Shown piece by piece: positions 39,784 to 50,351 of a stretch of 63,259 nt of DNA. A model generated the notes under the pieces. It ran no database searches, had not been told where the DNA came from, and saw nothing but the letters and a program-made list of their open reading frames with translations. Made by a program: the position numbers and the translations under genes. Positions within the stretch are counted from its first letter, which is position 1. Every line of letters begins with the position of its first letter. This stretch comes from a bacterium (GTDB lineage Bacteria; Bacteroidota; Ignavibacteria; UBA10030): NCBI GenBank assembly GCA_043803945.1, contig JAZDJN010000021.1:1-63259 (forward strand), written 5' to 3'.

Positions 39784-39873
39784 AGAAGACAGAAGTCAGA
39801 AGAGAGAAGTAAGAAGTAGGGAGTTGGAAGTAGGAAGTAAAAATGAAAAATTAAAAATTATCAGCAGGAAGTA
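39784..39873 (+). repeat. Purine-rich heptamer tandem repeat
   Basis: 11 in-register heptamers (AGAAGAC AGAAGTC AGAAGAG AGAAGTA AGAAGTA GGGAGTT GGAAGTA GGAAGTA AAAATGA AAAATTA AAAATTA) plus one more GGAAGTA. Confidence 0.8.
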
Positions 39874-39916
39874 GAAAGAAAAGGGATCATATCAAAAGGT
39901 TTAGCCTGGAGGATTT

Positions 39917-40300
39917 ATGGAACAAGCAACTCGCGTAATGCTGGTAGAAGATGAAGAAGATCTGGTCAGAATTGTTGAATCATGCTTCCAGGATGAGGGT
40001 TTTGAAGTCAAGGTCGCCCTCAACGCGGAAGATGCGCTGAAGCTCCTCACCTATTATATCCCGGACATCATCGTTTCCGATGTCCGTATGGCAATGATGG
40101 ACGGATTTGATCTTCTGGAGCTGATCCGCAAACGGGCCCATACGAAGGAGATCCCGTTTATTTTCCTGACGATCATGGATGACCGTGCATCTGTCGAACG
40201 GGCGAAAGCGCTTGGCGCTGATGCCTTTATGACAAAACCGTTTGATGTTGAAGATTTAGTCCAAAAAGTAAAAGAAGTACTAGCCTCGAAGAACAAATAA
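39917..40300 (+). CDS. Single-domain response regulator (receiver)
   Basis: LVEDE, SDVRM (phospho-Asp), DGFDL, FLT, TKPF; GGAGG RBS. Confidence 0.95.
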   Translation: MEQATRVMLVEDEEDLVRIVESCFQDEGFEVKVALNAEDALKLLTYYIPDIIVSDVRMAMMDGFDLLELIRKRAHTKEIPFIFLTIMDDRASVERAKALGADAFMTKPFDVEDLVQKVKEVLASKNK

Positions 40301-40315
40301 CTGTTCACAAAACAG

Positions 40316-40365
40316 CAATGGGTCAGAACGGGGATTATCCGTTTCTGACCCATTGGTTTTTCTTC
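40316..40365. terminator. Terminator between convergent genes
   Basis: CAATGGGTCAGAA..TTCTGACCCATTG stem with a T-run downstream and A-rich sequence upstream. Confidence 0.75.
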
Positions 40366-40374
40366 TCTTTTCTT

Positions 40375-41604
40375 TTACTCGTACCGCAATGCTTCGATTG
40401 GATCGAGATTGGCGGCTTTCCATGCGGGGTACACGCCAAAGACAATTCCGATGACTGTGCAGAGTGCAAACCCAAAGGCAGCCCAATCCACCGGGAAGAT
40501 TGCCGGAATGGAAAGCGCTATCGCTGCCAGGTTACCGGCAAGGATTCCGAGGAGAATTCCGATCACCCCACCCATTTGACAAAGGACGATGGCCTCGACA
40601 ATGAACTGGTTGAGAATATTTGCCTTTCTTGCACCGATTGCTTTCCGGATACCAATTTCCTTGGTTCGCTCAGTAACGGAGACGAGCATAATATTCATAA
40701 TACCGACACCGGCTGCAAGAAGAGAGACAAAACTGATGAAGGCGACACCCATCTTGACATAGAAGGTGAAGTCATTGAATGTCTGGATCATAGAGTCATT
40801 CGAGAAGATTGAAAAATCATCTTCTTGAGCCGGTTCTACTTTCCGTGCGGCCCGCAGGATAAATCTCGCCTCCTCCATACAATCGTCGTACAACTCCGGC
40901 GTCGCAGATTTAATCATAATATTCAAGCTCCGGTCTTTACCATATTTCTGCAAAAATGTGGTTAGAGGGATTACGGTAAAATTGTCATTATTCCCTCCAA
41001 GGCCGGCACCTTTCGATTCAAATGTTCCAATGACTTTATACCGATCGCTGTCAACCCTGATCTCCTGGCCGATTGCATCTCCCTTCGGAAAGAGTTTCTT
41101 AACGACACGATCACCAAGGATAATAACCATGGAAGAAGTTTCCAGGTCACTCTCAACCAATGTTCGTCCTTCTTTGATCTCCCAATTATTTGTCGGTATA
41201 CCATTCGGTGATTCACCAAAGAGTGTTACATCGGGATTGGATTTTTGCTCACCAAATTTTAAAATTCTGCCATTGCGATATGCTTCAATGCCCACATATT
41301 TTGCAGTGGTAATTTTCTCTGCGACCGCTTGTGCCTGCTCGAAGGTAATATCTTTTCGGCGGCGGTACTTCATCCATTCACGCCGGCCACCGGTTCGGAT
41401 AACTGGAAATTTTTGGATTTGGAATGTATGGGAACCAAGCTGCATCAATCCGCTCTCGATGCTGTTCTCCAAAACGGCTACCGCTGTCATCACTCCGATG
41501 ATGGAGAAAACACCCACCACAATGCCGAGCAGTGTGAGCGCAGAACGCAGCTTGTTCGCCCTGATGGCAGAAAAAGCAATTCGAATAACTTCAGAATAGT
41601 TCAC
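40375..41604 (-). CDS. MacB/YknZ-like ABC permease
   Basis: KLRSALTLLGIVVGV, GIMNIMLVSVTERTKEIGIRKAIGA, DPIEALRYE. Confidence 0.95.
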   Translation of the reverse strand: MNYSEVIRIAFSAIRANKLRSALTLLGIVVGVFSIIGVMTAVAVLENSIESGLMQLGSHTFQIQKFPVIRTGGRREWMKYRRRKDITFEQAQAVAEKITTAKYVGIEAYRNGRILKFGEQKSNPDVTLFGESPNGIPTNNWEIKEGRTLVESDLETSSMVIILGDRVVKKLFPKGDAIGQEIRVDSDRYKVIGTFESKGAGLGGNNDNFTVIPLTTFLQKYGKDRSLNIMIKSATPELYDDCMEEARFILRAARKVEPAQEDDFSIFSNDSMIQTFNDFTFYVKMGVAFISFVSLLAAGVGIMNIMLVSVTERTKEIGIRKAIGARKANILNQFIVEAIVLCQMGGVIGILLGILAGNLAAIALSIPAIFPVDWAAFGFALCTVIGIVFGVYPAWKAANLDPIEALRYE

Positions 41605-41653
41605 GGCGATTTTCGTTCATATTGAGAGATAGAGAAACTACTTCTAAATTATT

Positions 41654-41936
41654 TACTCACGTTACGCAAAAAGGAAAAATCATCCATCAATGGAGGTTTT
41701 TCTTAGCATACTCAAACCTCCCCATATGAGGGTGTCTAAAAAGAAAGAATTTGTCACACCGGAATGCCTTAATCCGGTGTCCAGTGCCCAATTAAATCGA
41801 ATTATCTGGATTCCGGCTTAAGGCGTGCCGGAATGACTAGTTACCTTTTTCTTTTTGGTCAGCCTCAAAAAGGGGAGGTCAAAAACAAGATTAATTGTTT
41901 CAATTAAGAAGATCCTTTCCTCTGCGTAAAATCAGT
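41654..41936. mobile_element. MITE family A, copy 3, with nested elements
   Basis: ACTCACGTTACGCA...TGCGTAAAATCAGT; TATT direct repeats; inserted at the stop codon of the upstream permease. Confidence 0.8.
41728..41866. mobile_element. Nested GRGGCTGAC-type MITE containing a REP-like doublet (41753-41837)
   Basis: Ends GAGGGTGTCTAAAAAG / CTTTTTGGTCAGCCTC; inside, GTCACACCGG..TCCAG / CTGGATTCCGGC..GCCGGAATGAC. Confidence 0.7.
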
Positions 41937-43165
41937 TATTCATACCGTAATGCATCAACCGGATCGAGTCGCGAAGCGCGATAGGCCGGCAAAAATCCCG
42001 AAACGACACCGACAAATATTGACACCAGCAGTGCAATCGCAACAACACTCAGCGGCATGGCTGTCGGGAGTACCTGATCGATAATTAAGCTCAAGGGCCA
42101 GGCGATAAGAACACCGAGAAGTCCTCCGAGCAGGCAGAGCGCAGCAGATTCCATAAGAAATTGTGCCAGGATTGACCGCCGGGGTGCGCCGATTGCTTTG
42201 CGTATTCCGATCTCCCGTGTACGCTCAGTGACTGAAACGAACATAATATTCATAATGCCGATACCGCCGACGAAAAGTGCCAAGCCGGTAATAAATAATC
42301 CTGCGGCAGCAATAACACCGCCAATTTGATTGAACGTCTGGATAATCATCTCCTGTTGATTGATGCCGAAGTTATCGGGATCTTTAGGATTCAACCTTCT
42401 CGCTTTTCTCAAAATTCCCCGAACCTCTTCTTTGGTCTCACTTAATCCTTCAAGAGTTTTTGATTTGACCCAGATTTGAATTCCGCCTCGAAACGATCGA
42501 AAATCTCTGAAGTATCGGTTGAGAGGGACATAAATACGGTTATCCAGACTTTCCATCCCTAACAGGCTCCCCTGTTTTTCGAGGACACCCACTACTTTAT
42601 ATGGGCGGCCGCCGATCTTGACCACCTTGGCGATAGGGTATTCACTCGGGAAGAGGTTCGCTGCTATCTCAGAACCGAGCACACAGACAGGCTGGCCGCC
42701 TTCGGATTCGATTTCTGTGAAGAACCTTCCGATTGTGAGATTCACACCGAGGGTTGTCGGAAGCTCTTCATCCGTTCCGATGAGTACCACACTCTCGATA
42801 TATTTCTGATTATACTTGATGCGGGTACCAGTACCGGCAATCGGAGTAACCGTTTGCGCCATCACCGATTGCTTTTCGAGCATCTTTGCTTCCTTGATCC
42901 TGATATCGGGCCGGTTGCGTATGGTATGCCAATCGTCGTTCGACATCCATGACCACTTCTGGATATACAGCACGTCCGCACCGATTGCAGCAATACTTTC
43001 ATTGAAGGCTATGTTCAATCCCTCAATGGCCGTTCCCATCAACGTCACCGAGACAATTCCGATGACGATTCCGAGCGTCGTCAGGGCAGATCGCATCATG
43101 TTCGCACGAATAGCATTGAATGCAATCAGAAGCCCTTCTTTAAATTCACTGAAATAGAGATGCAT
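41936..43165 (-). CDS. MacB/YknZ-like ABC permease
   Basis: RSALTTLGIVIGI, GGIGIMNIMFVSVTERTREIGIRKAIGA, DPVDALRYE. Confidence 0.95.
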   Translation of the reverse strand: MHLYFSEFKEGLLIAFNAIRANMMRSALTTLGIVIGIVSVTLMGTAIEGLNIAFNESIAAIGADVLYIQKWSWMSNDDWHTIRNRPDIRIKEAKMLEKQSVMAQTVTPIAGTGTRIKYNQKYIESVVLIGTDEELPTTLGVNLTIGRFFTEIESEGGQPVCVLGSEIAANLFPSEYPIAKVVKIGGRPYKVVGVLEKQGSLLGMESLDNRIYVPLNRYFRDFRSFRGGIQIWVKSKTLEGLSETKEEVRGILRKARRLNPKDPDNFGINQQEMIIQTFNQIGGVIAAAGLFITGLALFVGGIGIMNIMFVSVTERTREIGIRKAIGAPRRSILAQFLMESAALCLLGGLLGVLIAWPLSLIIDQVLPTAMPLSVVAIALLVSIFVGVVSGFLPAYRASRLDPVDALRYE

Positions 43166-43174
43166 GATAACCTG

Positions 43175-43885
43175 TTATGATTGATGAATGACTTTTCTGT
43201 CTTTCGCGATTTCGTCATGTTCAACCTTGCCATCACGAATTCTCACACGCCGATGGGCATGGGCTGCGATATCTTCTTCGTGTGTCACAATGATGATGGT
43301 ATTCCCTTCCTTCTGCAGAATATCGAAGAGCCCCATAATCTCCTCGCCCGTTTTGCTATCCAGGTTTCCTGTAGGTTCGTCGGCAAGAAGTATGGAAGGG
43401 TGGGTCACCAGTGCGCGAGCAATCGCTACGCGCTGCCGCTGGCCACCGGAGAGCTCATTGGGTTTATGATGGGCACGATCGCTGAGACCGACTCTGGCAA
43501 TGGCCTCTGCAGCCATGCGTTTCCGTTCACTTGAACTGATACCGCCGTAGATCAATGGTAATTCAACATTGTGGGTAACGTTTGATCGTGCCAATAGATT
43601 AAAGGTCTGGAAGACAAATCCAATTTCTTTATTTCGTACCTTCGCGAGTTGGTTATCGTTCATTTCGCTGACGTTCAAATTATTGAGCTCGTATAATCCT
43701 GAAGTTGGTGTATCGAGACAGCCGATAATATTCATCAAGGTCGATTTTCCCGATCCGGAGGGTCCCATAATGGCGACGTACTCATTCCGTTTGATCTCGA
43801 GGTTCATCCCCTGAAGCGCATGAACTTCTTCCGTGCCCATCTGGTAGTATTTGGAAATATTCACAAGGTGAATGATATTTGACAT
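43175..43885 (-). CDS. ABC transporter ATP-binding protein (MacB/LolD-type NBD)
   Basis: [33 protein letters not shown]; start reassigned to MSNIIHL. Confidence 0.95.
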   Translation of the reverse strand: MSNIIHLVNISKYYQMGTEEVHALQGMNLEIKRNEYVAIMGPSGSGKSTLMNIIGCLDTPTSGLYELNNLNVSEMNDNQLAKVRNKEIGFVFQTFNLLARSNVTHNVELPLIYGGISSSERKRMAAEAIARVGLSDRAHHKPNELSGGQRQRVAIARALVTHPSILLADEPTGNLDSKTGEEIMGLFDILQKEGNTIIIVTHEEDIAAHAHRRVRIRDGKVEHDEIAKDRKVIHQS

Positions 43886-43904
43886 TTTGGAATCCTTAGG
43901 TTCG

Positions 43905-44870
43905 TTATTGTAACTCTTTGATTTTCTTCTCCAAATTTTTTCGCTGCTCTTCAGAGAGATCAAGCGCCAGCAGCTTCTGATAGCGTTCGAGAGCTTCTTT
44001 TTTCTGACCCTTCAATTCAAGAGCATAGGCCTGGAACGAAATTGCATTAAAACTATCCTTATCGATTGTGAGGGCTTTTGTTGTAAGCTGTAAGGCACGA
44101 TCCGCATCCTTTTTCTGCAAATATGCCTGAGCGAGGCGTGCATAGCTGTCAGCGGTATCGGGTCGAAGAGCGGTATACTGTTTCAATGCCGCAATCGCAT
44201 CGTCTGTCTTTTGATTTCTGAGATACCATAGACCTGCAGCACGCTGCGCTCTCCAATCCCGCGGTCGATGAGCAAGGAGCTGCCGTACTTCATTCTCCGC
44301 TTCCGCCAGGTTCTTCTGTCGTTCAAAGAACGTTGCTCGCATCAGTCTGCCCTGGGTTTCATCGATGCGAAGGATCATATCCGCTTCCTTCCAGGCTTTT
44401 TCCGTATCGCCCCCCATAATTCCGGGTGCCTGCCAATAAAATTCCGCCAAACCTCTATGTGCGCCCAGATGGCCGGGATCGAGCTGGGCCGCTCGTTCAA
44501 AGGCCTTCCTTACTTTCGGCGCGAGCATTGCTTGTTTAAAGACACCTGCATCGCGGGTTTTCAGCCCCAGCGCCTCACCCAATCCAAAATGAAACTCTGC
44601 ACTGTTAGCGTTGAGATCGACAGCTTCTTCCATCTCATCGACTGCCCGATCGTAGTCTTTGAATGCAGGGACGAGGTAGATTCTTCCGAGCCAGTAATGA
44701 GCATCAGCATAGTTCTTATTCTGCTGGATGAGACCATCAAAAATTTTCTTAGCCTCTCCCGTGCGCCCCTGTCTATAGAGCGCTATTCCCTCCGGCAATC
44801 CCTGGGCATAAAGCGAGACAAGGAGACTGCCAAGAATAGTCAGAAACAGTATGCGGATGCCGGAATTCAT
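43905..44870 (-). CDS. Exported TPR protein
   Basis: Signal peptide; helical repeats such as [11 protein letters not shown] and [10 protein letters not shown]. Confidence 0.85.
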   Translation of the reverse strand: MNSGIRILFLTILGSLLVSLYAQGLPEGIALYRQGRTGEAKKIFDGLIQQNKNYADAHYWLGRIYLVPAFKDYDRAVDEMEEAVDLNANSAEFHFGLGEALGLKTRDAGVFKQAMLAPKVRKAFERAAQLDPGHLGAHRGLAEFYWQAPGIMGGDTEKAWKEADMILRIDETQGRLMRATFFERQKNLAEAENEVRQLLAHRPRDWRAQRAAGLWYLRNQKTDDAIAALKQYTALRPDTADSYARLAQAYLQKKDADRALQLTTKALTIDKDSFNAISFQAYALELKGQKKEALERYQKLLALDLSEEQRKNLEKKIKELQ

Positions 44871-44873
44871 TGG

Positions 44874-46142
44874 CTACTTCTTAGTCTCGACGCTCGCGCC
44901 TGTGACCAAGATTTTCTTGTTTTCAACCTTCACTTTCGAATCATTTTCAAGGTCACGATTAATTGCCTTGAACGGTCCTGAAACAACTTCACTTCCTTCA
45001 AGATCCTTGCCTGTGACTTCAACAAACGTATCATCGCTTAAGCCGCGCTTGACCACCGCTGTCTTGACGACTCCATCTTTATAGAGGAATACAACTTCAT
45101 CAACCTTATCTTCCTCTTTCTTTTTCTTCTTCGATTCCAGTTGTACTTCGCCCTCTTTCGGCTCCTCTTCTTTCTTCGACTCATCCTTTTTCGGCATGCG
45201 GACTGTCACCGATTGAATAGGAACAGCAAGAACATTCGGCTTCGTCTCTGTTTCCACGTCAGCCGTTAAAGTCATACCGGGCCGGAACTGGACTCCTTCT
45301 GGAGTTTTCACAAGAATCCGTACTTCAAAATTCGTAATCTGATCCTGGGATCCCAGGCCCGTGGATTTCGCTGTGTTGGCAATGCGCGTTACAGTCCCAT
45401 TGAACTTCTTTGCAGGGAATGCGTCGACTTCGATCCTTGCCGTATCGCTGACACTGACCATCACAATGTCATTCTCGCTTACGTCAACGCGTGCTTCCAT
45501 CCGCGACAGATCGGCAATGGTCATAATCAATGTCCCCTGGGTGAATGTACTTCCGCTCACCCGCTCACCGAGCTCGGTGTTCAATTGGCTGACAATACCG
45601 TCCATCGTAGAATAGATCGTTGTTTTGGAAAGGTTCTCCCGTTGCTGCCTGAGCGAGGCATTGGCTTGATCAGCGGATGCTTTTGAGGTCTGAAAAGAAG
45701 TTTTTGCGGAAATCAACTCGGATGCGGAACTCAATCCTTTCGAGTGCAATTCCGAGATGCGCTTATATTCATCTTCCGCCTGTGCAAGCCTCGCTTCCTG
45801 ACTCATGACGCTCGCTTCAGCCTGTTCAACCTGGGCGCGGTATTGATCGGGTTTGATCTTCACCAGCAACTGGCCCCGGCCGACACGCTGTCCCTCCCGT
45901 ACGGGAAGCTCGATAATTTCGCCGCTTACTTCCGCATTGATCTTCACCTGCATTTCCGGTTGGATCTTCCCGGTGGCGGAAACGATTTGAGTTATTGTCC
46001 GTCGTTCAATTTTTTCGGTTTGAACGGTAATAATCGTTTCACGATTACTTCCCAGTATGACCAGCAGCACCAGTCCAATCAACACGATACCGATTATCGA
46101 GAAAATGATTATTTTTTTCTTACTCTTTTTTCCATTTGCCAT
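44874..46142 (-). CDS. Efflux periplasmic adaptor (MacA/YknX-like)
   Basis: VSATGKIQP, AEVSGEI, VDVSENDI, FRPGMT. Confidence 0.95.
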   Translation of the reverse strand: MANGKKSKKKIIIFSIIGIVLIGLVLLVILGSNRETIITVQTEKIERRTITQIVSATGKIQPEMQVKINAEVSGEIIELPVREGQRVGRGQLLVKIKPDQYRAQVEQAEASVMSQEARLAQAEDEYKRISELHSKGLSSASELISAKTSFQTSKASADQANASLRQQRENLSKTTIYSTMDGIVSQLNTELGERVSGSTFTQGTLIMTIADLSRMEARVDVSENDIVMVSVSDTARIEVDAFPAKKFNGTVTRIANTAKSTGLGSQDQITNFEVRILVKTPEGVQFRPGMTLTADVETETKPNVLAVPIQSVTVRMPKKDESKKEEEPKEGEVQLESKKKKKEEDKVDEVVFLYKDGVVKTAVVKRGLSDDTFVEVTGKDLEGSEVVSGPFKAINRDLENDSKVKVENKKILVTGASVETKK

Positions 46143-46188
46143 GGGTACATACTCCTTTACAATATTCTCTTGTCGAATTCTTCAACCG

Positions 46189-47547
46189 TTAGTATTTCTT
46201 TTCTCCGATGACCAACTCCAGATTGCGCTTGAACATCAGGTAGCTGTACGCATTGTTAACTTTTGTCACTTGCGCATTCATGTATGCTGTATTTGCTACC
46301 TGATAATCGAGCAGTGTGCCTGAGCCAAGATTATATTTCTCTTCTGCGACTCTCCGATCCTGGCCAGCGGCGAGGACATTTTTCTGGCTGACCTCATATT
46401 GTTTTCGGGCTGCGTCCAGATCGAGAAGCGCTTTTTTCATTTCAACGCTGATATCGCGGACTTTTTGCTCCAGTTGCAGTTCGGCATTACTCTTTGAAAT
46501 CTTTGCCCCTTCAATCCTCTGGTAGGAAGAAAAGATTTCCGGCATCCTCCAGCTCATTGTTAATCCGTAACTATAACTCCTTTTATCTATGACATCCTTA
46601 AACAATGGGGTGGAGGAACGAATGGTGGCATAGGTGCTGAGGGTTGGATAGTAGTCGCTCCAGGTCGAAGTAATATTATTCTCCGCTACAATCAATGCTT
46701 CTTTTGAATTGAGATAGTCGAAGCGCGAATCGAGCGCACGCCCCATGAGCGATCCAAACGTTCCGAGTGTTTCGATCCCCGGATCAGTTTCAACCGTTTG
46801 GATCTGTGAAACAAGCGCTTCATCAGCAATAGTGTACTCTTCATTAACGTCGAGGGCAAGAATATTCAGAAGATCTGCCTTCGCCTTCTTAAACGTGCTC
46901 TGAGCATTGATGAGATTGTATTCAGAGGAGGCGACCGATGATTGCTGCCGGTACACATCGCCAATCGCAATTGCACCTACACGATTCATCTCCATAATCC
47001 GTTCCAGGCGTTTCTGTTCATTGGTGAGGTTTTCTTCACTGACTTTCATCAACTGCTCACTGCGAAGAACGTTCAAATAGAGACTCTGGACAGAATATCC
47101 GATCTGCTGCTTGGTACGTTCAAAGGATTGCTCGCTCTGTAATTGACCGGATTTTGAATTATCGAGGTTTACTTCGCGCCTAAAACCATCAAAAATTGTA
47201 TAACTCAAACCGATAGAGGCATTATATTGACCAAGCCATTCATCCCGCTCTGGAATAGGAAAGGGAATACCATTAATGAACTGAGTTGTTGCCGGGGTGT
47301 TCACACCTGATCGCTGCCAGCTTGCACTCGCACCGACAACGGGGATATAAGCACCATAGGAAGATAATACAGAGAGCTTAGAGCTTTCTACACTGTTTTG
47401 AGCCTGTGCAACCGATACGTTTCGCTGGAACGCAATGGTCATTGCCTGTTCCAGCGTGAGTGACTTACTCTGCTGAGCAAAGAGCGTTGTCGATAGAATA
47501 AGAGTAAAGAGTAAAACCAGGATGAAAATTGACTGAGCCGACTTCAT
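46189..47547 (-). CDS. TolC-family outer-membrane protein
   Basis: LTLEQAMTIA, YTIFDGF, EEKYNLG; GGAGG RBS. Confidence 0.9.
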   Translation of the reverse strand: MKSAQSIFILVLLFTLILSTTLFAQQSKSLTLEQAMTIAFQRNVSVAQAQNSVESSKLSVLSSYGAYIPVVGASASWQRSGVNTPATTQFINGIPFPIPERDEWLGQYNASIGLSYTIFDGFRREVNLDNSKSGQLQSEQSFERTKQQIGYSVQSLYLNVLRSEQLMKVSEENLTNEQKRLERIMEMNRVGAIAIGDVYRQQSSVASSEYNLINAQSTFKKAKADLLNILALDVNEEYTIADEALVSQIQTVETDPGIETLGTFGSLMGRALDSRFDYLNSKEALIVAENNITSTWSDYYPTLSTYATIRSSTPLFKDVIDKRSYSYGLTMSWRMPEIFSSYQRIEGAKISKSNAELQLEQKVRDISVEMKKALLDLDAARKQYEVSQKNVLAAGQDRRVAEEKYNLGSGTLLDYQVANTAYMNAQVTKVNNAYSYLMFKRNLELVIGEKKY

Positions 47548-47613
47548 TATAGTGCCTCCGGAAATGGTGGAATCCCCTTAAAAATGATGTATTTACTTTA
47601 ATTCACTACGTAA

Positions 47614-47641
47614 TAGACGTTGAAAAATAAGCAAAGTTTCA
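47614..47641 (-). promoter_or_regulatory. ECF (sigmaW-like) promoter
   Basis: Minus-strand TGAAAC-N16-CGTCTA upstream of the tolC-like gene. Confidence 0.75.
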
Positions 47642-47747
47642 CAGGTTTTTTACAAAATCAGAGGACACATCCAATCAGGAAGGAAGGTTTGATCCTTCCA
47701 GGAAAAGGTGTGTTGGTAAATATGAACAACCGGAAGTTGAATAGAGT

Positions 47748-49181
47748 TCAACGATTATGAGCGGACTTGCCATCTTTTTGGAACAGAGAAATGATGGATT
47801 CTTTAACATCCAGAAGATATTGGAGTGCAGCGTCATGGTCATTGGGAATCCGGCCATCGAGGATTGCATCGGTAACGGTTTCTTTCAAAACGCCGACTAA
47901 CTTCCCCGGCTCCAATCCACAAACCAGCATGATCTCCTCGCCCCGCAGCGGCGGCTGCCAGTTTCGCATGCGGTCTTTTTCTTCCACTTCATTCATCTTT
48001 TGTGCGACGAGGTCGTAATTCTCAAGCACCTGAGCGACAAGTTTTGGATTCTTCGATGTGATGTCGGCCCGGCAAAGGATCATTAAATCATCAACTTCAT
48101 TTCCCGCTTCAAACAAGAGGCGCCGCACTGCGGAATCCGTGACACCTTCATCCACGAGGGCCATCGGCCGCAAATGCAGGCGTACGAGTTTTTCGATATA
48201 CGGCACAAACTCGAGCGGAAATTTCATCCGTCGAAAGATCGATTTCGCCATGCGCGCTCCGAGCTCTTCATGGCCATGGAATGTCCAACCGATTCCTTCC
48301 TTATACGATTTGGTACGGGGCTTGGCGATATCGTGAAGAAGCGCCACCATGCGAAGCCAAATGTTCGAACTCTTCTCAGCAACCGTATCGACAACCTTCA
48401 ACGTGTGAAGAAAGACATCTTTGTGATGATAATCTTTCCTCTGATCAACTCCGCCAAGCTGCGCCACTTCAGGAAATATTCCGTTCATCACTCCGCACTC
48501 ATGGAGCAGAGACAAACCAATTGATGGCTTCGGGCTTGCCATCACTTTGAGAAACTCATCGGAAATACGTTCCTGAGAAACGATTGTAAGTCGATGCCCC
48601 ATCTCTTTCGCCGCCTGAAAGGCGTTTGGCTCGATGGAGAATCCAAGCTGCGATGCGAACCGCATGGCACGCATAATCCTCAGAGGATCATCGGCAAAGG
48701 TTGCAGCCGGCTCCAACGGTGTTCGAAGTATTTTTGCCGCCAAATCATGCTGGCCGAAAAAGGGATCGTGGAGGGTCCCGAAGGTATCGGCGTTCAGTGA
48801 AACAGCAATAGCGTTCACGGTAAAATCTCTTCGTGAAAGATCTTCCTCCAGAGTGCCTCCGGCAACCGCCGGTTTCCGCGAGTCTTTCTGATAACTCTCT
48901 TTCCGTGCTCCGACAAATTCTATTTTCCGGTCTCTCAACGGCAACATGGCTGTACCGAACTTTTCAAACACGACCACTTGCGCCTCGTTAAACTCGCGTG
49001 CAACGACTCGCGCGAAGTCGATGCCGCTCCCTTCCACAACGATATCAATATCCTTTACCTGCCTGCCGAGCAGGAGATCGCGAACATACCCTCCTACAAC
49101 ATAGACGCGAACAGAATCCCGATCGGCAATTAACCCTATCTGGTGAAGAATCGGATCGGGAATGTGAAAGTGTTCTTTCAT
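47748..49181 (-). CDS. cca: CCA tRNA nucleotidyltransferase with HD domain
   Basis: VGGYVRDLLL..DIDI, DLSRRDFTVNA, DDPLRIMRA, LLHDIAK. Confidence 0.92.
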   Translation of the reverse strand: MKEHFHIPDPILHQIGLIADRDSVRVYVVGGYVRDLLLGRQVKDIDIVVEGSGIDFARVVAREFNEAQVVVFEKFGTAMLPLRDRKIEFVGARKESYQKDSRKPAVAGGTLEEDLSRRDFTVNAIAVSLNADTFGTLHDPFFGQHDLAAKILRTPLEPAATFADDPLRIMRAMRFASQLGFSIEPNAFQAAKEMGHRLTIVSQERISDEFLKVMASPKPSIGLSLLHECGVMNGIFPEVAQLGGVDQRKDYHHKDVFLHTLKVVDTVAEKSSNIWLRMVALLHDIAKPRTKSYKEGIGWTFHGHEELGARMAKSIFRRMKFPLEFVPYIEKLVRLHLRPMALVDEGVTDSAVRRLLFEAGNEVDDLMILCRADITSKNPKLVAQVLENYDLVAQKMNEVEEKDRMRNWQPPLRGEEIMLVCGLEPGKLVGVLKETVTDAILDGRIPNDHDAALQYLLDVKESIISLFQKDGKSAHNR

Positions 49182-49187
49182 CGTTCG

Positions 49188-50192
49188 TTAAGACATTGCA
49201 ATGGTTTGTGCATCAATCGTTTTCAAAATTTGTTGAGCCACCTCAAGCGCATGCAATCCGTCCCGGCCTGTGACGGGCGGTTCAGTGTTCTCGCGAATGG
49301 ATTTCAGAAAGAGCTCCAGTTCGTACTTCAGAGCATTCACCTCCCGCACCTCCGGCTGCTCGTAGGCGATGATCCGTTTCTTCGTCCCCTGATCGATCTT
49401 GCCGAGCATCATGGTTGGTGTAATTGATGGATCGGTTTCATCGACCAGCCTGAAGACCTCAGAAAGCCCCTGAGAAAAATCGATCGAGATGTAGGCATTA
49501 TGTTGAAAGAGGCGCATCTTCCTCATCTTATTCTGGGAAATCCGGCTGGCAGTGACATTCGCCACGCAGCCATTCTCGAACTCAAGGCGGGCGTTGGCAA
49601 TGTCCGCACTCTCGGAAACAACCGCCACGCCATTCGCTGCAATACGAATCACTTTCGATTTTACCAAACTGAGGATCAGGTCGATATCATGGATCATGAG
49701 ATCGAGGACGACAGCGACATCCGAACCGCGCGGATTAAATTGCGCAAGCCGGTGTGATTCGATGAACAACGGATTCAGATTGAATTGCTCAAGGGCAAGG
49801 ATCGCTGGATTAAATCGCTCGATATGGCCGACCTGGAGTTTAACCCCACGCCGTTCCGCCAGGTCAACGAGTTCTTTTGCCTGTTCAATCGTTTCGGTTA
49901 TAGGTTTCTCGATCAGTGCATGCACACCGCGTTCAATCACTTCGTTCGCAACATCGAAATGGGATTTCGTGACAGTGGCAATACTGACAGCCTGAACTGC
50001 AGAGAGCATGTCGGGGAGAGAACTGAATGACCGCACGGAGTACTCTCGTGCCACCTTTGCGGATCGTTCCGGATCCACATCGAACACACCAACCAGTTCT
50101 GCTTGTTCTATCTGAGCATAATTCTTCGCATGAAAATTTCCCAGATGGCCGGTTCCGATCACACCAACTTTTATTTTATCCATTGCCACCAT
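49188..50192 (-). CDS. Gfo/Idh/MocA oxidoreductase (GnnA-like)
   Basis: GVIGTGHLG, IEKPI, GHIERFNPA, DLMIHDID. Confidence 0.9.
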   Translation of the reverse strand: MVAMDKIKVGVIGTGHLGNFHAKNYAQIEQAELVGVFDVDPERSAKVAREYSVRSFSSLPDMLSAVQAVSIATVTKSHFDVANEVIERGVHALIEKPITETIEQAKELVDLAERRGVKLQVGHIERFNPAILALEQFNLNPLFIESHRLAQFNPRGSDVAVVLDLMIHDIDLILSLVKSKVIRIAANGVAVVSESADIANARLEFENGCVANVTASRISQNKMRKMRLFQHNAYISIDFSQGLSEVFRLVDETDPSITPTMMLGKIDQGTKKRIIAYEQPEVREVNALKYELELFLKSIRENTEPPVTGRDGLHALEVAQQILKTIDAQTIAMS

Positions 50193-50351
50193 ATCCTTTT
50201 TCTATAATACGCCGAATCTTTTGATATGTTATTTCTTTATACAAGAGGTCAATCATTTTATCGGTGATCATCTGTGTGGCATCAGTGGTTAGAAAAGCGA
50301 TTTATTGCTTCCTCTTGCAGAGCGGTCATAAAATATTTTTTAGTACTCAAG

